Source: Zestosphaera tikiterensis
GTDB taxonomy: Archaea > Thermoproteota > Thermoprotei_A > Sulfolobales > NBVN01
Reading direction: 5' to 3'
DNA: 32,000 nt
Assembly: GCA_003056265.1 (NCBI GenBank)
Contig: NBVN01000007.1
Coordinates: 1-32,000 of the forward strand
This document shows positions 16,633 to 24,341 of this stretch, piece after piece (positions within the stretch are counted from its first letter, which is position 1; each line of letters begins with the position of its first letter). The translations under genes and the position numbers were made by a program. The notes below the pieces were generated by a model. It was not told the DNA's origin. It saw only the letters and a program-made list of their open reading frames with translations, and did not search any database.

Positions 16633-17808
16633 TTATAGTATGGTTTGAACTTCTCTATGCTTAAACCTATTCGATTCAAATCTAATCGTTTTTCCTATGG
16701 CGCAGATTAGGGATCGTATCTTTTCTCTTAATTGGTAAACTTCATCTACTTTATCTTTAAGGACGGATATGTTTTTGTTGTCTATGGCTTCCTTCTTTAG
16801 GTTTTCTACTCTTTCGATGACTTCAAGATAGTTTGGATCTACTCTACGCGTGTTTATGAATTCCTTCTTAAACGCTTCTTTAACGCTCATACCTAAACGC
16901 TTCTCCAACTCCTCGACGCTCATTTCCTTAGGTAGATCATGCAAGGCTTTCAAAGCACGGGCAATAGCCTCCAGCATGATCACATAAGTTCGTTTTAGAG
17001 CATCTATTGCTTTAAGAAGCTCTAAAGCGGCAGATAAGTCAAGCATTTCAGAAACGAACTCATCCGCTTTATTTATCCATTCATCAACAAGAGTTCCTGG
17101 AACTTCCGTTACTTCTCCATGTTCTACCTTCTTTCTAAACTTTATAATGTCTTCGAGCCATTTAACATACTCTAACTTAAGCAGACCTGCGTCGACGAGC
17201 TTTTCCTTCACCTTTACGGGCAATTTACTAGGCGGGGACGGTTCTTGATCTAAGAGCATTAACACGGCTTGAGCTGAGTTGGTCATAGCTTTATAGCAGT
17301 TTTCCGCTACTATGAGAACCTTAGATGCTTTAGCTTCAAGCAACTTTCTAGGAACTTCCTCCAGATATTTTTCCGCAGCCTCCTTAGTCCTAGGTATTTT
17401 TCCACTCTTTAAGAGTATCTTCCAAGGCGTAAAGAAGCCTACATCGTATAGGGGTATCCCATCCTTGATAAAAGTGTATACTATTGGATGTCCATTACTC
17501 GCATATTCCGTGAATTCTGTTAAACTCCATAAATGTATGGAAAGCCTTCTCGAAACGTTACGGGCTATATTATTTAAAATATCTTCTATTTTATCCATAT
17601 TTATTTTAATTTCCTCTTCTTCTATATGAATAGTATCATCTATTATGACGAGGATATCTATGTCGCTGGATTCATTTAGTTCGTTTCGAGCAGCAGAACC
17701 AACTAACACAATAGACTTAATGAGTTTATTGATGTTTGCGTCACTAAGAACCTTTTTAACAAACAAGCTAACTATTTCCCCAACTTTAGACGCTAATTCC
17801 ATAGTCAA
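16633..17808 (-). CDS. Fused minimal nucleotidyltransferase (MNT) and HEPN-domain protein with an extra C-terminal helical region. Likely start is the ATG at 17802.
   Basis: MNT motif is VGSAARNELNESSDIDILVIIDD. The HEPN-like helical domain carries an Rx4H motif (FRKKVEHGE). The track start is a TTG. The ATG two codons in gives MELASKV. Confidence 0.85.
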   Translation of the reverse strand: MTMELASKVGEIVSLFVKKVLSDANINKLIKSIVLVGSAARNELNESSDIDILVIIDDTIHIEEEEIKINMDKIEDILNNIARNVSRRLSIHLWSLTEFTEYASNGHPIVYTFIKDGIPLYDVGFFTPWKILLKSGKIPRTKEAAEKYLEEVPRKLLEAKASKVLIVAENCYKAMTNSAQAVLMLLDQEPSPPSKLPVKVKEKLVDAGLLKLEYVKWLEDIIKFRKKVEHGEVTEVPGTLVDEWINKADEFVSEMLDLSAALELLKAIDALKRTYVIMLEAIARALKALHDLPKEMSVEELEKRLGMSVKEAFKKEFINTRRVDPNYLEVIERVENLKKEAIDNKNISVLKDKVDEVYQLREKIRSLICAIGKTIRFESNRFKHREVQTIL

Positions 17809-18002
17809 GGCTCTCTCACCCTCTTATGAAGCCATTTATCTCCGGTTCTACCTATAGGCCATGGAAAATCTTCGCCGTATACATGCACCATGAATTCGTT
17901 CCCCTTCAGACTGACATGTTCCTCTTGATCACTTCGAGATATATGTAAGGGTGTATACCAGTCAGACTGTTTCTTAAAGTTGAATTTCTCCTTCCACGAC
18001 AT
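17805..18002 (-). CDS. Small protein (65 aa) co-transcribed with the MNT-HEPN gene
   Basis: ORF track. Its stop abuts or overlaps the MNT-HEPN start. TATA-like TTTATATA lies about 30-38 nt upstream of its ATG on the minus strand. Confidence 0.5.
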   Translation of the reverse strand: MSWKEKFNFKKQSDWYTPLHISRSDQEEHVSLKGNEFMVHVYGEDFPWPIGRTGDKWLHKRVREP

Positions 18003-18056
18003 ATTTCCACCATTTATATATTTACTAAGAGGGTATATAAACTTTTAGGAGATAAG

Positions 18057-18099
18057 TTCTAATAGTAGATATGTTCACTGAACATATCTACTATTAGAA
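18057..18099. promoter_or_regulatory. Perfect 43-bp palindrome (21-bp arms, 1-nt centre) upstream of the 65-aa/MNT-HEPN operon
   Basis: TTCTAATAGTAGATATGTTCA C TGAACATATCTACTATTAGAA, verified base by base. Confidence 0.5.
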
Positions 18100-18430
18100 T
18101 ATTCCACTAAACAAACAGAAAACTCCATCCATGATATTTTGAAGAGATTATGTTCTGATAACTTAAATGCTAACGCCCTATGCTTCTAGTGATAAGTTTA
18201 AATTAGGGGTAGTAAAGAAATAATTGTAGGGTCAAATGAATAAAGACAAATTAGAGACTCTGCTAACCGCAATGAAAGAACTGAAAGAACATTTGGAGAG
18301 ATCTCGATAACAGAATCTACCCTGTTTGTGGCAAACTGATATATGCTACAGTTTGATACGATGGTCAGAACCAATAATAATAATTTTTATGATATTTCAT
18401 TGAAAGACCTAGAGTAAAACATTGCAGAGA

Positions 18431-18454
18431 GAAGCGGTTAAAAGAGACTGAAAG
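18431..18454 (+). repeat. Isolated CRISPR-repeat-like 24-mer (18 of 24 identical to the array consensus)
   Basis: GAAGCGGTTAAAAGAGACTGAAAG compared with the consensus GAAGTAATAGAAAAAGACTGAAAG. The 5' GAAG and the 3' 9-mer GACTGAAAG are identical. Confidence 0.3.
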
Positions 18455-18635
18455 AGAGAAAGAAATAAGTAAATGGGAAAAGCTGTTATATACTAGATGT
18501 TGTTAAAGGTTAGAAAGTCTTTAACTTAGAAGACTTCCTAGCCCATAAGAGAGGTAGGGTCCTAAAGGATCCCCTCCTTATCTGATTACGTGACCCCACC
18601 ATCACTACTAAGCCCAAAACGGTCTCTGGTGCTAC

Positions 18636-19310
18636 TTAACTAGTCTTTAGATTGTTCTTACCTAGCTTTAGCCCGTATTTCATCGCTGCCTCGTTTACTT
18701 TCTTTACGAACCTGGGGTAGCTTATCCTGTAGTTTTCGGCTCTCGCCATTCTCCATAAGTCTTTCTTGCTTAGGTATGGGTATTTACGGATTAGCTTAAC
18801 GACGAATTCCTCGGGGATCGACGGTGGTCTGCCGACGTGCTTCCCTTCCTTCCTAGCTCTTTCCATCCCCGCTTTGATTTTCTCCTTCAATGCCTCAACG
18901 TATTTTTGGTAGCCGTACGCTAAAGCCCTCACAACTATGTCGAACATTAACTTCCTCAACGCTTCGTCAGGTATTGCCGTCAGCGACTGAAGCCACTCCT
19001 CTTGATAAGTTATTACGTTCACGCCCCTCTCCCTTAAGCCGTCGAGTGTTTTAACTAGGTAGTCATACCTTCTTGAGATCCTGTCAAGCGAAAAAACGAG
19101 TATAGCGGCACCCTCCTTAGAAGCTAACTCAACCGCCTTAACCCACCCAACCCTCTCCTCAGGCTTCGTTTCATACCCGCTAACACCCGGATCCTCAAAC
19201 ACTCCAACAACCTCAACACCCCTCGACTCGGCGAACCTCCTTAAAGCAAGAACTTGATTCTCAACCTTCTGATCCTCCGTCGACACCCTAGCGTAGATCA
19301 CGGCCTTCAA
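18636..19310 (-). CDS. Serine recombinase (resolvase/invertase type: N-terminal catalytic domain, C-terminal HTH)
   Basis: MKAVIYARVSTEDQ (catalytic Ser motif), DPGVSGY, SLDRISRR, and the HVGRPP linker followed by an HTH-like C-terminus. TTG start. TTTAAATA lies about 35-40 nt upstream on the minus strand. Confidence 0.92.
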   Translation of the reverse strand: MKAVIYARVSTEDQKVENQVLALRRFAESRGVEVVGVFEDPGVSGYETKPEERVGWVKAVELASKEGAAILVFSLDRISRRYDYLVKTLDGLRERGVNVITYQEEWLQSLTAIPDEALRKLMFDIVVRALAYGYQKYVEALKEKIKAGMERARKEGKHVGRPPSIPEEFVVKLIRKYPYLSKKDLWRMARAENYRISYPRFVKKVNEAAMKYGLKLGKNNLKTS

Positions 19311-19512
19311 TTCTTCATCCCCGTAATCAAAATACTTAATACCCTTATTTAAACGTTTTGTTTATGAAAACACCCCTTAAGAAACAGTTGCGAAACCACC
19401 CCCTTCCGTTAACAAACCCTATAAAGAGGTAATGAGACAAACCTTCACCGTATATGCTAGTTATTATATGTTAGGAAAATCTAAAATTGCGTTTTTCTAG
19501 TGTTTAGGGTCT

Positions 19513-19674
19513 TTAGTTTTTAAAGCTGGTTCGTCGGTAGATCCCTCTTTCAGTTCTTTCTATATACTCTAAATCTTTCTTTAAGTTCTTAAGTTCTTCC
19601 TTCAATTCGACAAAGTGAAGAGTTCTAAGGGTTGTGGTGGAATGCCAACACTTATAAACTTTGTCATTAAGCAT
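19513..19674 (-). CDS. Possible small ORF (53 aa, coiled-coil-like)
   Basis: Own translation: MLNDKVYKCWHSTTTLRTLHFVELKEELKNLKKDLEYIERTERGIYRRTSFKN. It is below the ORF-track length cutoff and has no supporting signal beyond being open. Confidence 0.25.
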   Translation of the reverse strand: MLNDKVYKCWHSTTTLRTLHFVELKEELKNLKKDLEYIERTERGIYRRTSFKN

Positions 19675-19891
19675 CAAATACGTTGAAGCCCCTGATAGTA
19701 CGTTTTTTAAACTTAATAGAGAGCAACCTCCCGGACATCCTTAGGGAAGATGGTAAGCTAAAATCGCCTAAGTCCATAGTAGAGAAACTTCATAAGCTAT
19801 TGAAACAGGATTGATACGTACGTTACTAGGGATTCTTAGAAAGATGACTTACGTTGAAGAAAGACCTTTAATTTCTTTCTAGTGAACGAAG

Positions 19892-21805
19892 TTACTTATG
19901 GATTACAGTTAACGTTGGGGTTTTCTCAGGTTCAGCAAGTCTAGTGATTATGACGTACTTACCGTATTTACTAAGTTCAGAGACAACTTTGTCGAATCTC
20001 CTAGGGTCGAAAGCTACTAAAGCTTCATCCGCTATAATGGGTGCCACACCTTGATATTCCTCAATGATCTTTAACCTATAGCCTACGAGTACGGCTATCA
20101 ACGCTAGAGCTGTTCTCTCGCTAGTGCTTAAAACCTCAATCGGTTGTTCGTATTCTCTACCACTTGGGAATTTTCTAATAACTCTAATATCAAATACTCG
20201 CTTAAGCATACCAGTAGTGGGGTCTTTCTCCTCCCTTTTATATAGCCTCACACCTTTAATCCAAGTGAAGCCCAGTTCTTTAATGACTTCAGAAGCTATT
20301 CTAGAGAACTCATCGCTTATACGTGATAGTGTTTCATATAATTCCTTCTCAACGTTTTCAAGTTCTTTACTTGTCTTTTCGATCTTCTCCCTTACTTCAG
20401 TTAATTTCCTACCAGCTTCACTTCTTTTAGCGATTTTTTCTTCTAAATCTCTTATGTGTTGCTCTACTTCACCAAGCCTTCTCTCTAGCTCAGCTCTTCT
20501 GTCAGCAGCAACGCGTTCTTCTTCTGTAAGTTGCTTTCTTAATTCTTCCAACTCTTTTTCAATTAACCCCCTCTCGTTTTTAAGCCTTGCTACCTCATCT
20601 TTATAATGTTCAAACGCTCTCTCAAGCTCTTCAATCCTCCTCTTAAGAGATGGTAGCTTAACATCCACGATTTCTCTAACTTCGTTGTATTTCTTCTGTA
20701 GACTCTCTAACTCCTTCCATAATTCCTTAAGCTTTTCATTTGCGTTAGCTATCCTAACCTCATAATCTTTTACTATAGACTCCTTACTCTTCATAACCTC
20801 GTCTTCTACTTCCACCTCACGTCTAGACCAGAACTCTTCAGGGTTTTCAATAGGTTTACCGCATACTGGACACGCAGATGCTTTTGTAGCTTTAGCTAGG
20901 TGTACAACTGGGATTCTAGCGTCTTGACCAACGAGATACTCTCTACGTTCGTTCTCCAGCTTCTTTATAAGGCTGTCAGTCCTGTCTATTTCTCCTTTAA
21001 TCTTTGCTAACTCTTCCTCAGGATTCTCGTGAATGGCGTAAAACTCTCTAACCATAGTTTCATACCTCTCTAGATCCGCACGTGCGTCATCTATAGCTTT
21101 CGCAGTAGTTGCTATGATGCCCTCAGGTTTCTCTAGGTCTTCTATTCTCTTACTGACTTCACCAAGTCTTCTATTGAGGGTGGCTATCCTATCTTGTAAA
21201 CCTCTTACTCTTTCAATAGATATAGCCCTCAGCTTCTTAAGCTCTTCCTCTAAATCCTTCTTTAACTCCTCATATTTCTGTCTTTCCTCACTTACCTTCT
21301 TAAGTTCTTCAACATCCTTAAGGAGGAGGTTCTCCTCAGATTTTAGCTTATCTAACTCCTCCCTTAAGCTTTCCCTCATCTTTTCATACTCATCAAGCCT
21401 GAAGACCTTAACTAAGTAGTCAGTAATATCGGCGTTTGCTTGAGTTACAACCCTTCTGGCAACCTCCCCTAAGTAAGGATCTAATATGACATACTTCAAC
21501 CTATCGCTAACGATAACAGGCTTAGATTCAACCTCTAAAACCCTACCGTTTACTCTCTTAAACCTCCTAATGAATTCCCTACTGTCAATAACTATCTTTA
21601 TATATCCCTCATCAGCATCGATGTTTAGAAGCTGTTCAAGAGGGATAGTGTTGGGTGCGTACATCGCTAGTATAGCTTTAACAAGGGAGGTTTTACCAGC
21701 AGCATTCGGTGCTACAACTTCGTTTAACCCTTCACTAAACTCAAACTTATGTTTGCCTATAAGACCTCCTACATTTTCAACTTCGACCACTATCATGGGC
21801 ACCAC
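19892..21805 (-). CDS. SMC/Rad50-like ABC ATPase with a long coiled coil and a central CxxC zinc-hook-like motif. Likely start is Met4 at 21796.
   Basis: Walker A is APNAAGKTS. About 400 aa of E/K/L-rich heptad sequence follow. CPVCGKP is encoded at 20861-20872 mid-coil. The signature-like motif is LSTSERT and Walker B is PIIADEA. Met4 forms an ATGA overlap with the upstream gene's stop. Confidence 0.85.
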   Translation of the reverse strand: MVPMIVVEVENVGGLIGKHKFEFSEGLNEVVAPNAAGKTSLVKAILAMYAPNTIPLEQLLNIDADEGYIKIVIDSREFIRRFKRVNGRVLEVESKPVIVSDRLKYVILDPYLGEVARRVVTQANADITDYLVKVFRLDEYEKMRESLREELDKLKSEENLLLKDVEELKKVSEERQKYEELKKDLEEELKKLRAISIERVRGLQDRIATLNRRLGEVSKRIEDLEKPEGIIATTAKAIDDARADLERYETMVREFYAIHENPEEELAKIKGEIDRTDSLIKKLENERREYLVGQDARIPVVHLAKATKASACPVCGKPIENPEEFWSRREVEVEDEVMKSKESIVKDYEVRIANANEKLKELWKELESLQKKYNEVREIVDVKLPSLKRRIEELERAFEHYKDEVARLKNERGLIEKELEELRKQLTEEERVAADRRAELERRLGEVEQHIRDLEEKIAKRSEAGRKLTEVREKIEKTSKELENVEKELYETLSRISDEFSRIASEVIKELGFTWIKGVRLYKREEKDPTTGMLKRVFDIRVIRKFPSGREYEQPIEVLSTSERTALALIAVLVGYRLKIIEEYQGVAPIIADEALVAFDPRRFDKVVSELSKYGKYVIITRLAEPEKTPTLTVIHK

Positions 21806-22158
21806 CTGTTAAGCACGTGTTCGGTTATACCGAGCTTTTTAAGAGTTTCAACTTCGCTAGAGCTAAGACCCTTTGAAAGCCATCTTTCAGCAGCTCTCCT
21901 GATCTCCTTAGGTATCCAGTCTTCGTCAATATACCTAGCATACATCAGAGACGTCTGCAGACCCCTCTCCTTGGCTTTGAGATATGCTTGGTAAACGAAA
22001 GTAACTGAGTAACCATCGTCGAGACTGAGTAAGTATACAATATCGCCTCTCTTTAATACATCTACATGAATGGGATGCTTTTGCTTTATCTTGTTTAGCT
22101 TTGTCACAGTATTCCTATACAAGTTCAAATCTGGATCTTCAACCTTTAATATCAGCAC
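21793..22158 (-). CDS. Small protein (121 aa) translationally coupled to the Rad50-like ATPase
   Basis: ORF track. GTG start, with TATA-like CTTAAATA about 40 nt upstream. The basic/helical C-terminus (RRAAERWLSKGLSSSEVETLKKLGITEHVLNRW) could be an HTH, but this is not established. Confidence 0.6.
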   Translation of the reverse strand: MLILKVEDPDLNLYRNTVTKLNKIKQKHPIHVDVLKRGDIVYLLSLDDGYSVTFVYQAYLKAKERGLQTSLMYARYIDEDWIPKEIRRAAERWLSKGLSSSEVETLKKLGITEHVLNRWCP

Positions 22159-22222
22159 GTGTTATTTCACCAATAAATGGTAATGGTTTCAGAAGTATTT
22201 AAGCATTAATACAGAAATATTA

Positions 22223-22260
22223 AATAAAATCATTAATATAATAATATTAATGATTTTATT
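22223..22260. repeat. All-but-one A/T hairpin: 17-bp perfect stem and 4-nt loop, in the 129-bp spacer between the AAA+ gene and the 121-aa gene
   Basis: AATAAAATCATTAATAT / AATA / ATATTAATGATTTTATT, read directly. Confidence 0.6.
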
Positions 22261-22287
22261 AATACAAAAATATTAGAGCTTTAGAGT

Positions 22288-23046
22288 TCATATTACTTCG
22301 AGTCTCTCCAGCTTCTCTATGTAGTGCCTTATCACTATTCTCTCCACTTCTCTTGCGGATCTCGGCAACGGATTCATTGACGTTATCTCCTCCTTAACTC
22401 TGTTGTAGGGTACTCCGAGTTCTCTGCACCTCTTCTCTGCTATTGCTAAAGCCGTATCTATGTCGAGGGGTTTGAACTCTATCGGGTAGAGTCTGTCTAT
22501 TAGTGCTTTATCAACTAACTCGTACCAGTTGGTTGTTGCTATGACTCCTATTCTAGAGGTGTCTAGCTCGTCAAGCATGTGGAAGAAGACGTTGTCTTGG
22601 GCTATATGCCAAGACTCTATGCCTTCTCTCCCGCGTGACATGAATATTGACTCTACGTCGTCGAAGAGTATTATGGTATACCCCATAAGTTTTTTCGATT
22701 CTTCAAAAATCTCAACGATCCTTATCTCAGATTCGCCATATAGCGGTCTAGCTATGTCGGATGCGTCTACGAGGATAAGGTATACGTCCTTAAACTTTTT
22801 ACCTAATTCCCTAGCGACTGCGTAAGCAAGGCTGGTTTTCCCTGTTCCAGGCTCTCCATAGAGTAGGAAACCTTTAATACCTCTTTTAACTCCCTCTCTA
22901 AACTGATAGTAGAATGTCTTGAAGATTAGGTTGAATATCCTCTTATATTCCTCACCTACAAACCTACTGACGTCATAATCTTCAGGAACTCCAACAGCCT
23001 TAATTACCTTTAAAGGTTTGCTAAGTTCTTTAGCTCTTCTACTCAT
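22288..23046 (-). CDS. Classic-clade AAA+ ATPase, single ATPase module without a recognisable N-domain
   Basis: Walker A is LLYGEPGTGKTS. The pore-loop-region-like sequence is PLYGESEIRIVEIFEE. Walker B is IILFDDVE. Sensor-1/SRH is VIATTNWYELVDKALIDRL. Confidence 0.9.
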   Translation of the reverse strand: MSRRAKELSKPLKVIKAVGVPEDYDVSRFVGEEYKRIFNLIFKTFYYQFREGVKRGIKGFLLYGEPGTGKTSLAYAVARELGKKFKDVYLILVDASDIARPLYGESEIRIVEIFEESKKLMGYTIILFDDVESIFMSRGREGIESWHIAQDNVFFHMLDELDTSRIGVIATTNWYELVDKALIDRLYPIEFKPLDIDTALAIAEKRCRELGVPYNRVKEEITSMNPLPRSAREVERIVIRHYIEKLERLEVI

Positions 23047-23503
23047 AGGTTAATCTCCTTTTTCTAGATTCGTTTTCTAGGATATGCTTAATCATTATGT
23101 ACGTGTCTTTAGAAATTTCATATTCTTCGCAATATCCAGCAACTACTCCACCCATAATTGACCCGCTCTCTACATCAAAACGATCTTTTATGAATTTAAG
23201 CACCAGTTCATTTCTTTTTCTGCCTTCTGAATATTCTGAAGACGTAGAAGGTGAGGAGTACTTCTCTTCTATCGCATCTATAGGTATAGATTCCTTATGT
23301 TCATAAACGTGTATGTACCCGTGATTGTAGCCCGGATCGAACACGACGTAGTACTTTCTATCTTTACTTACGTAGAATAAGTAAAGACGACGGAAGTGCT
23401 CTCCCCACTTAGTGTTTTCACAGATGTTTACTTTAATACCCTCTATAGATCCTTTCGTATCTCTCCCTAACTCTCCTAACATACCTTTTAACACCTTCTT
23501 CAT
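23039..23503 (-). CDS. Hypothetical protein (154 aa), overlapping both neighbours
   Basis: ORF track. It shares an 8-nt overlap (ATGAGTAG) with the AAA+ gene start and a 50-71 nt overlap with the upstream 302-aa ORF. No motif recognised. Confidence 0.55.
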   Translation of the reverse strand: MKKVLKGMLGELGRDTKGSIEGIKVNICENTKWGEHFRRLYLFYVSKDRKYYVVFDPGYNHGYIHVYEHKESIPIDAIEEKYSSPSTSSEYSEGRKRNELVLKFIKDRFDVESGSIMGGVVAGYCEEYEISKDTYIMIKHILENESRKRRLTYE

Positions 23504-24341
23504 GCATTCTACACCATAGAATGTTTAACCTATATCCGTTTGAAGTAACTTGCTCAATGATGTCGTTACTTACCATAAATTCAAACGCTTCAGTTCTAAC
23601 GCTTCTCCACCACTCAATCGGCGGTCTTTTCTTATTTTCATCACTAAGGAAGTAGTTATCTACGTAGTTCACTCTAGCTACCTCCAACACATCCCTGATT
23701 CTCATTGAATGCGATTCAAGACCTGATAAAGTGTATATCATTGGAAGCTTGATAAACCAAGGTATCACGGGTTTCTCGCCGAGAGTTCTATGTAGTTTAA
23801 CTGCTGTGCTCATTATGTAGACACCTATTAACCCGCTTATGACACTTAGCATTTCTTTAAATTGTCTAGGGTCGATGAGCGTTACTAGGTGTTGAGCTAC
23901 GGGACCTACAAGTTGGAAGAATTCATCGTTTATTCTATACACATATCGAGGATCGTCACTACTAACCAAGATTTTATAATAAGGTAGCGGCTTCAGATAA
24001 TCCAGCAATCTATCTGTCGGTATCTGAAAAGCATAGCTCCATTCTTCAAGTATGTCCTTAGATATGTACAGTTTTGTCAAGTCTTTACTATAGTACGCTT
24101 CACCACAACGGTCAACAACAGACCATAGAATCTTAAGAGGTTTCTGCCTGAAGAAGCGGTACCTGAGCAAGACGTCTCTAAACCTAGAAGCTAAAGCATA
24201 TGCTTCACTAGGGCTAGAAAGTACGCGAGTTTCCTTCTTTGATGTTTGTGCGTTTAACTCATCAAGTATTGCAAGTATAGTCTCCTCTGTAAGGGGTTTG
24301 TAGTTTTTCAATGCCCAAACATTTACTGTTGGTTGAGCCAA
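23433..24341 (-). CDS. Hypothetical protein (302 aa)
   Basis: ORF track. TTG start overlapping the upstream ORF by 19 nt. No motif recognised. Confidence 0.65.
   Translation of the reverse strand: MAQPTVNVWALKNYKPLTEETILAILDELNAQTSKKETRVLSSPSEAYALASRFRDVLLRYRFFRQKPLKILWSVVDRCGEAYYSKDLTKLYISKDILEEWSYAFQIPTDRLLDYLKPLPYYKILVSSDDPRYVYRINDEFFQLVGPVAQHLVTLIDPRQFKEMLSVISGLIGVYIMSTAVKLHRTLGEKPVIPWFIKLPMIYTLSGLESHSMRIRDVLEVARVNYVDNYFLSDENKKRPPIEWWRSVRTEAFEFMVSNDIIEQVTSNGYRLNILWCRMHEEGVKRYVRRVRERYERIYRGY

Noticed and set aside
17312-17857. Plus-strand ORFs 17312-17629 and 17645-17857
   Set aside because: They are antisense shadows of the well-supported MNT-HEPN gene.
18236-18360. Small ORF MNKDKLETLLTAMKELKEHLERSR, followed in the +1 frame by DLDNRIYPVCGKLIYATV
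   Set aside because: It could be a frameshifted small zinc-ribbon gene. It is too short and has no supporting signals.
19547-19570. CRISPR-repeat-like CTTTCAGTTCTTTCTATATACTCT on the other side of the recombinase gene
   Set aside because: Only 15 of 24 positions match without a gap. The match is driven by CTTTCAGT, and the site falls inside a possible small ORF (codons for ERTER). That is too weak to claim an inverted pair with 18431-18454.
20124-21812. Plus-strand ORFs 20124-20606, 21114-21419 and 21486-21812 (also 21749-21994)
   Set aside because: They are antisense to the Rad50-like gene. Their Ser/Leu-rich low-complexity products are the typical shadow of an E/K-rich coiled-coil gene.
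19892-22158. DndD/DndE (phosphorothioation) reading of the 637-aa ATPase and 121-aa protein
   Set aside because: The sizes fit, but the gene order is reversed and no DndC (PAPS-reductase SGGKDS motif), DndA or DndB candidate is present.
22288-23503. HORMA + TRIP13 (CBASS type III-like) reading of the 154-aa ORF plus the AAA+ ATPase
   Set aside because: The gene sizes and adjacency are suggestive. However, I see no CD-NTase or effector, and nothing in the 154-aa sequence that I can recognise as HORMA. It is kept only as something a structure prediction could test.
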